Of a DNA stretch of 64,000 nt, positions 9,279-19,474 are shown one piece after another (the first letter of the stretch is position 1; each line of letters opens with the position of its first letter). The notes beneath the pieces were generated by a model. That model did no database searches. It was not told the origin of the DNA and saw nothing but the letters and a program-made list of their open reading frames with translations. Location of the stretch: the NCBI GenBank assembly GCA_913051545.1, contig CAJXCD010000006.1, positions 3,680-67,679 on the forward strand, read 5' to 3'. The DNA is from an uncultured Chloroflexota bacterium. Lineage in GTDB: Bacteria > Chloroflexota > Dehalococcoidia > Lucifugimonadales > CAJXCD01. The position numbers were made by a program, and so were the translations under genes.

Positions 9279-10460
9279 CTAGTGAATTAAATTATCGTAA
9301 AGTGAGAGTAATTTTTTTTCTTCGACTTCCCATTTACAGACATTTTTAGCCAAGAGTTCGGCGTTTCCTTGATATTTCTTATATTCACTTTTATCTGCTA
9401 AGATCCCACTTATCGTCGTTCCAATCTCTTTCTCGTCTCTTGGATTTATAAGTTTCCCTACCGGTCCGATATCATTTCCCATCACAACTCTTCGAATCTC
9501 AGGAAAATTGCTTGATACTTGTGGTATTCCTGCCATGATTGCCTCAAACATTTTCGTAGGGGCAGAATAATAATAGCTTGATCCTGCATTCTCTATAGGG
9601 ATGATCGCAATATCAGCTGACGATAACCAATTAGCCACATCATCTGCGGGCACTGGACCATATGAATGGATTCGTTTTTCTAGTGACAATATTCCCGCCT
9701 CGTAGAGTATAGGTTCGAGGTATATAAAATCTTGTTGCCCTACCATTACAAAGTGTGTGTTTTCTGGCCAATAAGTCATACTGGGAACGACTTTGTCTAT
9801 CCCGCTAAATTCACCGACATGGCCGGTGAAACATATTATTGGGCTACTTTTGTCAATGCTCAGCGGTTTCCTTAGGTCTTTATTTCTTTTCGTGGTATCA
9901 ACGTATACTGGACAGTTGTATATGTAATCTATAGGTCCATTGAAACTATGTGTTTGTCTAAATATTTTAGCCCTGGATTCCCCATCTGACATAATTACTC
10001 TATCAACTATCTTCAAGAGCATTCCTTCGTAAAACTTTATGATCATGTTTTTATACTGCGAATTACCTGGCAGTGCAGTAGCCAGTTCGTGAGAGTCGTA
10101 TATAAGTTTAGCCCCTAGTAATTTAGCTGCGATAGCTGCTGGCAATAGTGTTACAGGGTGGTGTGCATGAAAAATGCTGGCTTTGCTGCGGATAGCATAG
10201 ATAAGAAGCTTCAAAATAAATTCCGCAACTTTTATTCCGAGAAGCCATCTTGTTCTAATTCGTCTTGACAACACATTTATTCTTCGAACTTGAAATCCGA
10301 ATGGTTTTTCTTCTCTTTCTGTTATATGGGGTTCGTATAAGGCTAACAGTAGTAATTCAAAACCATTTTTCGAGAGAGATCTCGCTTCTCTCAAAATTCG
10401 TGAATCATATTGGAAGCTATTTTCTACAAGCATACAGATGTCGTAATGGGGATCACCCAT
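9279..10460 (-). CDS. glycosyltransferase, GT4 family
   Basis: 393 aa. Contains 'PTKMFEAIMAGIPQVSSNFPEIRRVV', and the N-terminal half is GT4-like. Confidence 0.8.
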   Translation of the reverse strand: MGDPHYDICMLVENSFQYDSRILREARSLSKNGFELLLLALYEPHITEREEKPFGFQVRRINVLSRRIRTRWLLGIKVAEFILKLLIYAIRSKASIFHAHHPVTLLPAAIAAKLLGAKLIYDSHELATALPGNSQYKNMIIKFYEGMLLKIVDRVIMSDGESRAKIFRQTHSFNGPIDYIYNCPVYVDTTKRNKDLRKPLSIDKSSPIICFTGHVGEFSGIDKVVPSMTYWPENTHFVMVGQQDFIYLEPILYEAGILSLEKRIHSYGPVPADDVANWLSSADIAIIPIENAGSSYYYSAPTKMFEAIMAGIPQVSSNFPEIRRVVMGNDIGPVGKLINPRDEKEIGTTISGILADKSEYKKYQGNAELLAKNVCKWEVEEKKLLSLYDNLIH

Positions 10461-10461
10461 T

Positions 10462-12042
10462 TCAAAAGTTTCCTAACGAACGGGATTTTTGTTGATTTAA
10501 TTTGGAATATCTTGCAGCCGCTGCACATAGTCCAAGTAGCAAACAAGTAATTGTCATTCTACGCATGTCAAATAATGATATGGCTGTTATTGACCCAGCC
10601 AAGTTAATTATTAACACGCCCAGAGTTGAATGCCCAAAAATCGAAATCTCTAGAATAGGAGAGCGTATTGTATAAGTCGCTAGTCTAAATGCAGTAACCC
10701 AAAAAGCTATGTAAAGACCAATTCCAAGTAATCCGTTCCTTAATAGGATTAAGATCCATTCACTGTCTGCTACTCTTTCACCTAGTACTCTAATGTGTTC
10801 AGCTGATGTACCTTCTGAAGGTCCATCACCGAGAATTGGAGACCGTTTCAGTTGGATGGGTATAAGACTGATATTATCTAGTCTTGTCTGAACAGAAGAA
10901 TCGATTTGCCAGTCTATAGCCGCATTCAATCTCGAGACACGTTTCTCAATTATAGGACCGACTAGAGGTAATGATGATCCTGATAAAAAAATCAATGATA
11001 GCGACGATATTATAACCAATGAAATTATAATGCCTCGTTTTATCAAATCACCTCGGACTTTTTTTGGAATTAGCCCCCACCTTGGTATCAACAAAATAGT
11101 TACATAGTATATAGCTAGTGCAATAGTTCCTAACATAGCTGTACGAGAACCAGTAGATACAATTCCCAATAGTAGTAGCAAAATTAATCCTGGTTGAACT
11201 ATTAGTTGAATACCTCTGATTTTCCTTCTTGCTGCTAGTCCTAGAGCAACTGATAATCCGGTAGCAAGTAGAAGGCCATATTCGTTCGGATTAAGTACAG
11301 TACTGGCTGCTCTTGTTTGCAGTATAGAAAAGTGTTTTTCCATTGCTGCGCCAGTAGCAATACGAGGAGCTGCGTAATAGGAGCTACCAAACAGTTGAAA
11401 ATCCCAGAGGTTTAGGGACTGTGCGAAGCCAAACAATGCTGAAATTGCAATTGTTGCAACAAATATCTTGGATATAAAATGCAAACCATTTTTTTTGATA
11501 ATGGCTTGTGATCCAAGATAAAAGGCACATATGTAAAGGCCAAATTTGACCATTTCGAACCAGTCTCCTTTTGACAACGGTATTTGCAAAACAATGCTTC
11601 CGTATGCCATAGAAAGGAGAGTTAGTGGGATCAAAGCAATAAGTACAAAATAGAATTTCCTTCCCGGGATTATCAGCCGTTTCCCATGCCCTAAGATAGC
11701 ACGTAATATAAACATTCCGCCTATAATTAGAATCAAGATATCGTACAGGGTTGTCACAGGAAGTCTGATAGGAAAGGAATCAGACAACTGGATAGCAGGA
11801 GCAAGAATAAGTAGCGGTATCGCTATTATAATTGTACGTATAGAATTTAGACCTGATAAAGTTATCCACAAGGTAGTAGCTGTAATGATTGATACAAGTA
11901 GAACCACGAACTGCACGTCATTCGCTAGATTAGCTCCTACCCAATATATAAATACAGTGAGAAGTCCACCTACTAGTATTGTAGACAGTGTTTTGATTCC
12001 AGCTGATGAAGTTTTATCTATTGGATGAGAGTACATTTTCAT
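10462..12042 (-). CDS. O-antigen polymerase/ligase-like integral membrane protein (Wzy_C-type)
   Basis: 526 aa with at least 10 hydrophobic helices. The 'GIVSTGSRTAMLGTIALAIYY' segment resembles the Wzy_C/O-antigen-ligase signature. Confidence 0.75.
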   Translation of the reverse strand: MKMYSHPIDKTSSAGIKTLSTILVGGLLTVFIYWVGANLANDVQFVVLLVSIITATTLWITLSGLNSIRTIIIAIPLLILAPAIQLSDSFPIRLPVTTLYDILILIIGGMFILRAILGHGKRLIIPGRKFYFVLIALIPLTLLSMAYGSIVLQIPLSKGDWFEMVKFGLYICAFYLGSQAIIKKNGLHFISKIFVATIAISALFGFAQSLNLWDFQLFGSSYYAAPRIATGAAMEKHFSILQTRAASTVLNPNEYGLLLATGLSVALGLAARRKIRGIQLIVQPGLILLLLLGIVSTGSRTAMLGTIALAIYYVTILLIPRWGLIPKKVRGDLIKRGIIISLVIISSLSLIFLSGSSLPLVGPIIEKRVSRLNAAIDWQIDSSVQTRLDNISLIPIQLKRSPILGDGPSEGTSAEHIRVLGERVADSEWILILLRNGLLGIGLYIAFWVTAFRLATYTIRSPILEISIFGHSTLGVLIINLAGSITAISLFDMRRMTITCLLLGLCAAAARYSKLNQQKSRSLGNF

Positions 12043-13267
12043 ACACCTTAATGGTTTGGGTAGCTACATTGTTCCAAGCATACATGGCTGTAACATCCAT
12101 CTTGCCACGGTTCCCCAGTCTGGTAGAGAACTTGGTGTCATTTAGTAATCTTATTATAGCTTCGGCAAGTTGGTTAATTTCATCGATATCTACTAGAATA
12201 CCATTGTCACTGTCCCTGATCACATTTGTTATACCACCTGCTCGGGATCCAATAACGGGTTTCCCGCATGCCATGGCTTCAAGTAGAACCATCCCCATAC
12301 CCTCTGCTCTTGATGGCAAAACGAGTACATCGGAAACGTTGTACCAAAGGTTAAGTGTTGGATCATGACGCGAATTCATCTCGCCCAGAAATTTGACCCT
12401 TCCGTTTGGTAGTAGTCTGTTGGCCATATCTAAAATGTCCTTGTACCATCTAATATCCGTATCTGAGACCTTCCCTCCAACTATATACAATGTTGCTTGA
12501 GGAATGGCTTCACATACTTTTGAGAAGGATTTAATGAGCCAATCTATCCCCTTACGTCTGATTAGGTTTCCTACAAAAAGTACGTTTAGTTGTTCGGGTG
12601 GCACTTTTAAAGATATACGTGCATAATTTTTGTCTTCAGGTTTAAAATAGTCAGTATCTACCCCATTTGGTATAACTAGTATTTTGTCTTTTTGAACGCC
12701 ATAAGTAATGGCTTCATTTTCTAGATAATTTGAAACACATATAATTCCTTCAGGGTATATTAAGCTTGGGATCACTTGTTCTGTAAAAAGTTTGTCTGGC
12801 ATGTGTCCTCTTAAGCTATGTAAAGTTGCAATTAGAGGAACTCCAAGTGCCTTGGAGGCCATGTGTGATGCTAATAACCCTAGTCCACCGCCATGAACGT
12901 GAACTATATCTGGTTGGACTTTGTCGAGGAATATTAGGTATCTTGATGCGAGAGAGATTAATGCAATTCTTTCGCGTATAGACATAGAGTTGAAATTTGT
13001 TGGAAATGTATTTCTAAAGCGGGACAAGTTTCCCATGATATATTTGGCACACGCTATGCTTCTATTTGGAACGGATGAGTAGATATTGTAATTGTCAACT
13101 TCTCTATGAAATGTCATTTTCGCAGTAGTGATATTTTGTGCTAGTACTGACACTTTTATTCCAATGTCGGCTAGATTTTTTGATAGTTGGGCAGTGTGGA
13201 TTGAAATTCCCCCCGTTTCAGACCCACCAAGATGTTTAGGTAAGCTACCTATCATTGCAATATTCAT
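12014..13267 (-). CDS. glycosyltransferase, GT4 family
   Basis: 417 aa. Contains 'PSRAEGMGMVLLEAMACGKPVIGSRAGGITNVIRDSDNGILVD' (E-x7-E). Confidence 0.9.
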   Translation of the reverse strand: MNIAMIGSLPKHLGGSETGGISIHTAQLSKNLADIGIKVSVLAQNITTAKMTFHREVDNYNIYSSVPNRSIACAKYIMGNLSRFRNTFPTNFNSMSIRERIALISLASRYLIFLDKVQPDIVHVHGGGLGLLASHMASKALGVPLIATLHSLRGHMPDKLFTEQVIPSLIYPEGIICVSNYLENEAITYGVQKDKILVIPNGVDTDYFKPEDKNYARISLKVPPEQLNVLFVGNLIRRKGIDWLIKSFSKVCEAIPQATLYIVGGKVSDTDIRWYKDILDMANRLLPNGRVKFLGEMNSRHDPTLNLWYNVSDVLVLPSRAEGMGMVLLEAMACGKPVIGSRAGGITNVIRDSDNGILVDIDEINQLAEAIIRLLNDTKFSTRLGNRGKMDVTAMYAWNNVATQTIKVYENVLSSNR

Positions 13268-13313
13268 GGACGTTCCTTATGCAATATTCGATTAGTTAAA
13301 AGGTCGTTAATAA

Positions 13314-15320
13314 CTAATCTATAAACTTTCTTAACCAAAGTTCTAAGTCCATCCAGCGCCATATTGCAAAGGAATGGTCTTGTTTGCCAGTCATATGTTC
13401 ATTTAAATATTCTTTAACCATGTCATGGTTAAAGAAATGCCTAGACGAGAAGCTTTCTGAAATTACTAGATTTTCTACTAATCCTTTTAATTTGCCACGA
13501 AACCAAGTGTCTTCTGGTGTATTGAATCCAATCTTATCCTGTCGATGATTGACAATGTTTGGCAGTAGGTCTTTCATTGAGTCTCTTAAAATCACCTTAG
13601 TGGTTCCATGAGATATCTTGGTGTCACTAGGTGTTGAGAACAGCCACTCTACCAATCTGTGGTCGAGGAAGGGCAACCTAGATTCAATTGAATGAGCCAT
13701 GGAATTGTGATCTTCGAATCTGAGTAAAGGAGGCAGTCCTGTGAAGAAACTTCTGTATAGACTTTGATGGAAAGGATCTGTTCTTACTACGGTGGAGTCA
13801 TATCGGTCAAGATTTCTATATGTTTTTGAGAAATCCTGTGATATCCAAGGAGATTGCTTTTGTCGGACTGCCATTTTTATGTGTTTTTGGAGTGATGATG
13901 GCAGTAGGGATAAGCTGGTTCCAGAAACTATTTCTATCCAAGGATTTCCGTGAATTGTGTGAAGGTTAACGGATTCTCTGACAAAACGTTTGACCATCAT
14001 TTTTCTTGCAAGAGACGCTAGGTGATTATGATGGAATCCCTGGTATCCTCCTAGGGATTCATCTCCTCCCTGGCCGTCAAGCATGACCGTTACTCCCTCT
14101 TCCCGAGCCTTTCTAAATACTTCCCACTGGGCAAACACACTGCTTGACCCAAACGGTTGTCCTTGATGCGAGACGATTTCTCCTAGCGAATCTACAAGGG
14201 ATTGATCTGTAGGTTGAACCGAGTAGGCATTCACTCCTGTATGTGACACCACTGCATCTATATAGGTGCTTTCATCGTATTTAGTTTCGGCAAAATCTTT
14301 GAATCGTGCTGAAAAGACTTTTTGAAGCGTTGCAGTACCTTTTTTGCCGTGTTTTATTAGGTGGTTCACCATACAAACTATTGATGATGAATCTAGTCCT
14401 CCGCTTAGGCAAGCACCAACAGGGACGTCACTGATTAGCCTCAGGCGTACCGAATCTTCGAATATATCAAAAAACTGAGATGTATATTCACTCGGGGTTA
14501 GATCTAAATCGGTAGTTCCTAGTGGGATATCGTAATAACGGTATTGAGATATAGTTTCAGATTCTAGATCCAGTTCTATTGCACAGCCTCCAGGCAACTG
14601 GTTTATTCCATCAAAAAAAGTTCCTTCACTATGATCTATCCTGGAATAGACTAGATAGTCATGTATGATAGATTCATTAGGAGTGGCTGTTACGTATCCT
14701 GAAGCTAGTATAGCGTTTATTTCAGATCCAAAAACAAAGGTGTTACCATTCCAAAAATAGAATAGTGGTTTTATGCCGAATCGGTCTCTGCTACAAAAAA
14801 CTCGTTTTGTGGTAGTGTCCCATATTACAAATGCCCACATTCCGATAAATTTCTGTATGCACTTGGATCCCCATTCCTGGTAGGCGTGGAGAATGACTTC
14901 AGTATCAGTGTCAGAGTAAAAAATATGTCCAAGTTGTTGTAGTTCAGATCGGATTTCCAAGAAATTGTACACTTCTCCGTTGTGTACTATCCAAATAGTT
15001 TTTTCTGGATTACACATAGGTTGATGGCCTGCTTCTGTCAAATCAATTATCGCAAGTCGACGATGGGCCAGAGCTATGTTGTAATAGTCAGATGATGGGT
15101 GTTCTATATCCCCTGTTGGAGAGTATGGTAGCTGACTATGTATTACTTTGTTGGATGTGTTTGGCCCTCTTACAGATTTGAAGAAACCGTTCTCGGAGTT
15201 ACCTAAGAGGTATCCTTCATCATCAGGTCCTCTGTGCTCGATTACATTGGCCATTCGAAGGACCATAGCTGAATCCAGTTTTTTTCCGGAAAACGATACG
15301 ATACCGGCTATGCCACACAT
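13314..15320 (-). CDS. asnB: asparagine synthase (glutamine-hydrolysing) family amidotransferase, WbpS-like
   Basis: 668 aa. 'MCGIAG' provides the N-terminal nucleophile Cys, and 'LSGGLDSS' is the PP-loop. Confidence 0.92.
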   Translation of the reverse strand: MCGIAGIVSFSGKKLDSAMVLRMANVIEHRGPDDEGYLLGNSENGFFKSVRGPNTSNKVIHSQLPYSPTGDIEHPSSDYYNIALAHRRLAIIDLTEAGHQPMCNPEKTIWIVHNGEVYNFLEIRSELQQLGHIFYSDTDTEVILHAYQEWGSKCIQKFIGMWAFVIWDTTTKRVFCSRDRFGIKPLFYFWNGNTFVFGSEINAILASGYVTATPNESIIHDYLVYSRIDHSEGTFFDGINQLPGGCAIELDLESETISQYRYYDIPLGTTDLDLTPSEYTSQFFDIFEDSVRLRLISDVPVGACLSGGLDSSSIVCMVNHLIKHGKKGTATLQKVFSARFKDFAETKYDESTYIDAVVSHTGVNAYSVQPTDQSLVDSLGEIVSHQGQPFGSSSVFAQWEVFRKAREEGVTVMLDGQGGDESLGGYQGFHHNHLASLARKMMVKRFVRESVNLHTIHGNPWIEIVSGTSLSLLPSSLQKHIKMAVRQKQSPWISQDFSKTYRNLDRYDSTVVRTDPFHQSLYRSFFTGLPPLLRFEDHNSMAHSIESRLPFLDHRLVEWLFSTPSDTKISHGTTKVILRDSMKDLLPNIVNHRQDKIGFNTPEDTWFRGKLKGLVENLVISESFSSRHFFNHDMVKEYLNEHMTGKQDHSFAIWRWMDLELWLRKFID

Positions 15321-15452
15321 AGGTTTATCTTTCAGGGATTAATTTACAAGCGGCTATTAATATACATACCGTGGTATACATTGGCTATGAACACAAAGAT
15401 ATACAGTGATTCCCATAGTTTATAAATAATAATAAGTTATTTGCTACAGTAA

Positions 15453-16706
15453 TTATTGAGCCATCTGCAGAATTAAATTAGCAATCCGTTGTTTAGAATT
15501 ACCATCAGAAGGGTTAATCCATTTCTCAACCAGTATTTCCCTTTGGTCTGTGAAAAGAGTCGGATCATTTAAGTAGAGACATATTTGTGAAATCAATTCT
15601 TTCCTATTATGTGTGACTGGTATCAATTGCTGCTCTAAAATAGGTTTAAAGTGTTTTATGAATGTTGAATCATGAAGTATGTCATCTGTGATTTCTGGTA
15701 ACACTTCGTTAAATCCAACGATAAGTGTCGGTGTGTCAAAAATAGCTGCTTCTATACCCATCGTTGATGCAGGTGTTACAACTACGTCAGCATGATATAG
15801 AAGATTTGCAACTCCATTCACGTCCTCTCTAGTCATACTCCATCCCAGACTCCCTAGCCATCGTCGTGGCATATCCATATATAAACCATTTCTATCCGTA
15901 TATTTTGGATCTAGAAACGGGCCTAAAGAATCTCCAGGATGATTACGGCAACATATTTGTGTGTCAACAGGGAAATCGCCGTTTTCTTGAGCATGGAGCA
16001 ATATATCTAACCAATTTGTCTGGACATTTTGTAGCTTTGCACCTGCAGTTGCCAGGAGGATTAACTTTTTTGATGGATCTAATCCTAACCCAGTGAGATA
16101 TTCATCTCGATCTAATATGACTGATGGATCAAAATAGGGGTCGAATTGTGGTGTGCCTACTACTTCTATCTGGGAGTCTCGATAAAGTTCTAAATCTATT
16201 GCTTCAAGTTTATTTATTTCATTTGGTACAGCAAGTGCATCGACTCTGCAGTACAGTCTTTTGAGAATGTTATCCCAACTACGTATCAACCCTAATGTTT
16301 TAATGCCATTTTTCTTCGAATTTAGATATATCGGTATTTCTCTTTCCTTGTTAGTATCCGAAAGAACGATTAAATTTGGAGGTAATTCTTTAAACAGGTT
16401 ATCGTAAATAGAATTAGGCATAAAGAATCGCTCGAGGATTGTCCATAGTTTGACCATCCACTCATATTTTAGAGCCCACCTCGTAGTTATGATTGCCTTC
16501 TGCAGTCTGGTGAGCACAAATTCTTCTGAATGCCGAATAACAACTCTGTCCCTTGAAAATTCTTTTAGGAAAGCTTGATCCTTACTAGCGGGAGTGAGTA
16601 ACACTATCTTAATGTCTGGGTCTTCCAATAGATGCTCAAGTACACCTAGCCTTAGTAGGTCGCGGACTCTCGAGTCCATAGTAATTGTCATGTATATATT
16701 TTTCAT
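15453..16706 (-). CDS. uncharacterised GT-B-like protein (paralogue A); candidate CMP-ulosonic-acid transferase
   Basis: 417 aa. It shares 'GLDPSKKLI', 'ADVVVTPASTMGIEAAIFDTPTLIVG' and a C-terminal 'DGNS..RI' with the CDS at 32002-33519. The ST.G.EA motif resembles KpsC/KpsS-type Capsule_synth proteins. Confidence 0.45.
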   Translation of the reverse strand: MKNIYMTITMDSRVRDLLRLGVLEHLLEDPDIKIVLLTPASKDQAFLKEFSRDRVVIRHSEEFVLTRLQKAIITTRWALKYEWMVKLWTILERFFMPNSIYDNLFKELPPNLIVLSDTNKEREIPIYLNSKKNGIKTLGLIRSWDNILKRLYCRVDALAVPNEINKLEAIDLELYRDSQIEVVGTPQFDPYFDPSVILDRDEYLTGLGLDPSKKLILLATAGAKLQNVQTNWLDILLHAQENGDFPVDTQICCRNHPGDSLGPFLDPKYTDRNGLYMDMPRRWLGSLGWSMTREDVNGVANLLYHADVVVTPASTMGIEAAIFDTPTLIVGFNEVLPEITDDILHDSTFIKHFKPILEQQLIPVTHNRKELISQICLYLNDPTLFTDQREILVEKWINPSDGNSKQRIANLILQMAQ

Positions 16707-16776
16707 CTAATTAAATAAGTGATGTTAGTATTTATACGACACTAACACACAAATAATTCACTGTTTCTCAAGTCGA

Positions 16777-18552
16777 TCACCAAAAATTTAAGTACTGTGC
16801 GAATCCGTTGACACTATGTTTTCTTCTGTACTTTTGTATTTCGGATTCAAGGTCAATGGCTTTAGTTTTTTGAATAATAGATTCGAAGTATTTCGAATCT
16901 CTTCTGGCAAAAATATAAAATTGTTTATCGGATTCGGGATTATTTATATCTCTCACCAAATGATATTCCTCAAATCTTTTATCTAGCATTAGCAAGTATG
17001 ATGTGAGGCCAGTGCCTATTTCATAGGGAGGTATGGAATTCAAGTGCATATACGGCGCCACATATTCCTGAATTTCTCCTTGGTCAGGAATGTATTTGCC
17101 GTCAATTGCTGAGAACTTTATAGAGTGTGTGATTATGATATCAGGATTGGCTTCATATATGACGTTGGAGTTCCATCCACTGTAGGCTATTTTTTCAGAT
17201 GCAAGTCCATAGAAATCTATGTGACGATATCCCGTTATGTAGGGTAGTGCACCTGCTTCCCCAGTGGCTAAAACTACGTTCTGAGGATTATCATCTAAAT
17301 TGTTTATGGAATTTGCTATAGCTGGGTTTATGACACGATTAGAGAAGTAATTCTCCAAGCCAACAATTTGCTCATATCTATGGCCCGTATCTACAGACCA
17401 TATCAATACTAATATAAGAATGCTCACGTGTACCCATTTCCCTATAGTAGTTTTGTAGTTACTAAAATTAGATACATATTGAGGTTGTCGATTAATTATT
17501 AGACGTATGTATTCACATACCACAAGTAAAAATGCAGGAAGAAATGGTAAAAGGAACCGATCTGCGATGCCGACAGTTGGTCGTACGGTGGTAAAATAAA
17601 TCAACTGAATCAGTACTGCAATTAGTACAGCGAGATAGATGGGTCTAATTTTAATTTTTAAGGCCCACATCGTTACTATCAGTGCAATCCCTCCCATGAT
17701 TGATCTTGATACGAATTGCAACACGTACGAGAGTCCATTAGAGGTCCACCAAGTTGTAAGGTCAGTCCCCTGTTTAAACATAAAAGGTGTTGGTACTATG
17801 TGACCGAAATACAGAGATTTTGCCGTCCAATAGGTTACTGATGGGATTACTGTCGCAATAAGAGCGTGTAAACAAATATTCATCCATCGGTCTCTGTTTA
17901 CCACAAGATATCCCATAAACAACGCTCCGGAGAATACCAACGATTCCGGCCTAACCATAAATGTCACAGTTATAGAGCCTAAATACAAATATTCTAGCTT
18001 GTAGTTTCTATTCGCTATAATACTCAGCGTGGCCTGAGTTGTTACAAAGAGCATGTAGAAAGACGTCTCCATGCCCGCTATAGCGTGCACAAATATGTAG
18101 GGATGTGTCGATATCGCGATAATGGCAAAAAATGATACCAAGGGACTATCTTTTGGATTCCCTTGCCAGAAGAGTATGCCCATAGTGAATAAGCTTGAGA
18201 ATATTCCAAGACACTTCGCTGCATCTAATGTTTCAAGACCAAGGAAATTTAATAGAGCAAGTGATATAACCCAAAGGAAGGAAGTAAAACCTTCAAGGGG
18301 GCTTTCGTCAGTGGAATTCCATCTTATTCCGTTTCCATCAGAAAGATTGTCTGCGAACCGAAAGCTGATATATGAATCATCTAGTGTCCAGTCCCAGTGA
18401 AATAAGGACAAGGTTAAGAAATTTGTAACGACTAAAATTACTCCAAATATCTGCCAGACCATACTTTTTTTGGTAGTCCGAGAAATAATGGACAAGGTAT
18501 TTTGTATTAAAGGGTTGTTCATAGGTATTTGGTTAGAAATTTTGAATGTCAT
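16777..18552 (-). CDS. GT-C-fold-like polytopic membrane glycosyltransferase (ArnT/PMT-like)
   Basis: 591 aa. About 11-13 hydrophobic helices occupy the first ~390 aa. 'DDSYISFRFADNL' follows TM1 (acidic first-loop motif). The C-terminal ~200 aa are soluble. Confidence 0.55.
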   Translation of the reverse strand: MTFKISNQIPMNNPLIQNTLSIISRTTKKSMVWQIFGVILVVTNFLTLSLFHWDWTLDDSYISFRFADNLSDGNGIRWNSTDESPLEGFTSFLWVISLALLNFLGLETLDAAKCLGIFSSLFTMGILFWQGNPKDSPLVSFFAIIAISTHPYIFVHAIAGMETSFYMLFVTTQATLSIIANRNYKLEYLYLGSITVTFMVRPESLVFSGALFMGYLVVNRDRWMNICLHALIATVIPSVTYWTAKSLYFGHIVPTPFMFKQGTDLTTWWTSNGLSYVLQFVSRSIMGGIALIVTMWALKIKIRPIYLAVLIAVLIQLIYFTTVRPTVGIADRFLLPFLPAFLLVVCEYIRLIINRQPQYVSNFSNYKTTIGKWVHVSILILVLIWSVDTGHRYEQIVGLENYFSNRVINPAIANSINNLDDNPQNVVLATGEAGALPYITGYRHIDFYGLASEKIAYSGWNSNVIYEANPDIIITHSIKFSAIDGKYIPDQGEIQEYVAPYMHLNSIPPYEIGTGLTSYLLMLDKRFEEYHLVRDINNPESDKQFYIFARRDSKYFESIIQKTKAIDLESEIQKYRRKHSVNGFAQYLNFW

Positions 18553-19459
18553 TAGTATCTACCCTATTCAGCATAAACGGATTTGATTTAGGCGAATTCC
18601 ATCCGGGGATTGTAGTGACTGCTGTGCTGAATCCAGCCTCCTGAACGTATTTAGGGGTAGAATTACTAAGAGAAGGAGCTTTCCCATAAGGATAGCAGAA
18701 GGGAAGTGGGTCTGATTTAGATAAATTAGTACGTAAGGATTCGTAACATGTTGACAGATCGAGACGTTGTTCTGTTGGTTCAAGATCGGAAAATGCTATA
18801 TGTTTGTGAGAGTGTCCGCCGACTGACATACCGTGATTAGTTAGTTCTTTTAGTTTATCCCAACCCATGTAAAGATTGTCAGAAAATGACTCTTCACGAC
18901 CAAACACCTCGTTAAAGAGTATGCCTAGTATTTGTTCCCTTACATCAATTGGAAGGCCATAGTTCATGTGATATTTATACATTCCTATTTCAGGTTCATC
19001 CCACTTATACACTTGTTTAACTATGTCCATGTCAGGTTGCAATTCTAGATTAGGGGCAACTTCCTTTAATACTTGTGAGAAACGGGTATATAGATCATTA
19101 AATTTTAGTTCGGCCATTAGGAAATGGTTCTTGTGCACGGAGGCTACCAAACGAGAGTTTATACAAGATGTGATCGTGTAGAAGGCAGCAGATATTTTTT
19201 TCTCCATTAGAATCGGTAGCACATTTTCATAATGATCGATTAAACCATCGTCGAATGTTAGATAACACAGATTTTTTTCCGGAAAATACTTGCCTGATAA
19301 GAATGAAATGATACTGTCGTGCGATGCCATCTCAAACTTAGATTGTAGTAGCTCGACTTGCTTATTGAAATTATCTGTGAGAATACCTTTGATACGTGGG
19401 AAGTCTGTTTGTGGGAAATCTCTCACATAATGGTAAGTAACAAGTATGAGTTGGTTCAT
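18533..19459 (-). CDS. polysaccharide deacetylase (NodB homology / CE4)
   Basis: 308 aa. Contains 'LTFDDGLIDHYENVLPIL', 'SAAFY' and 'GGHSHKH'. Confidence 0.85.
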   Translation of the reverse strand: MNQLILVTYHYVRDFPQTDFPRIKGILTDNFNKQVELLQSKFEMASHDSIISFLSGKYFPEKNLCYLTFDDGLIDHYENVLPILMEKKISAAFYTITSCINSRLVASVHKNHFLMAELKFNDLYTRFSQVLKEVAPNLELQPDMDIVKQVYKWDEPEIGMYKYHMNYGLPIDVREQILGILFNEVFGREESFSDNLYMGWDKLKELTNHGMSVGGHSHKHIAFSDLEPTEQRLDLSTCYESLRTNLSKSDPLPFCYPYGKAPSLSNSTPKYVQEAGFSTAVTTIPGWNSPKSNPFMLNRVDTNDIQNF

Positions 19460-19474
19460 AAATCTATTGCCTAT

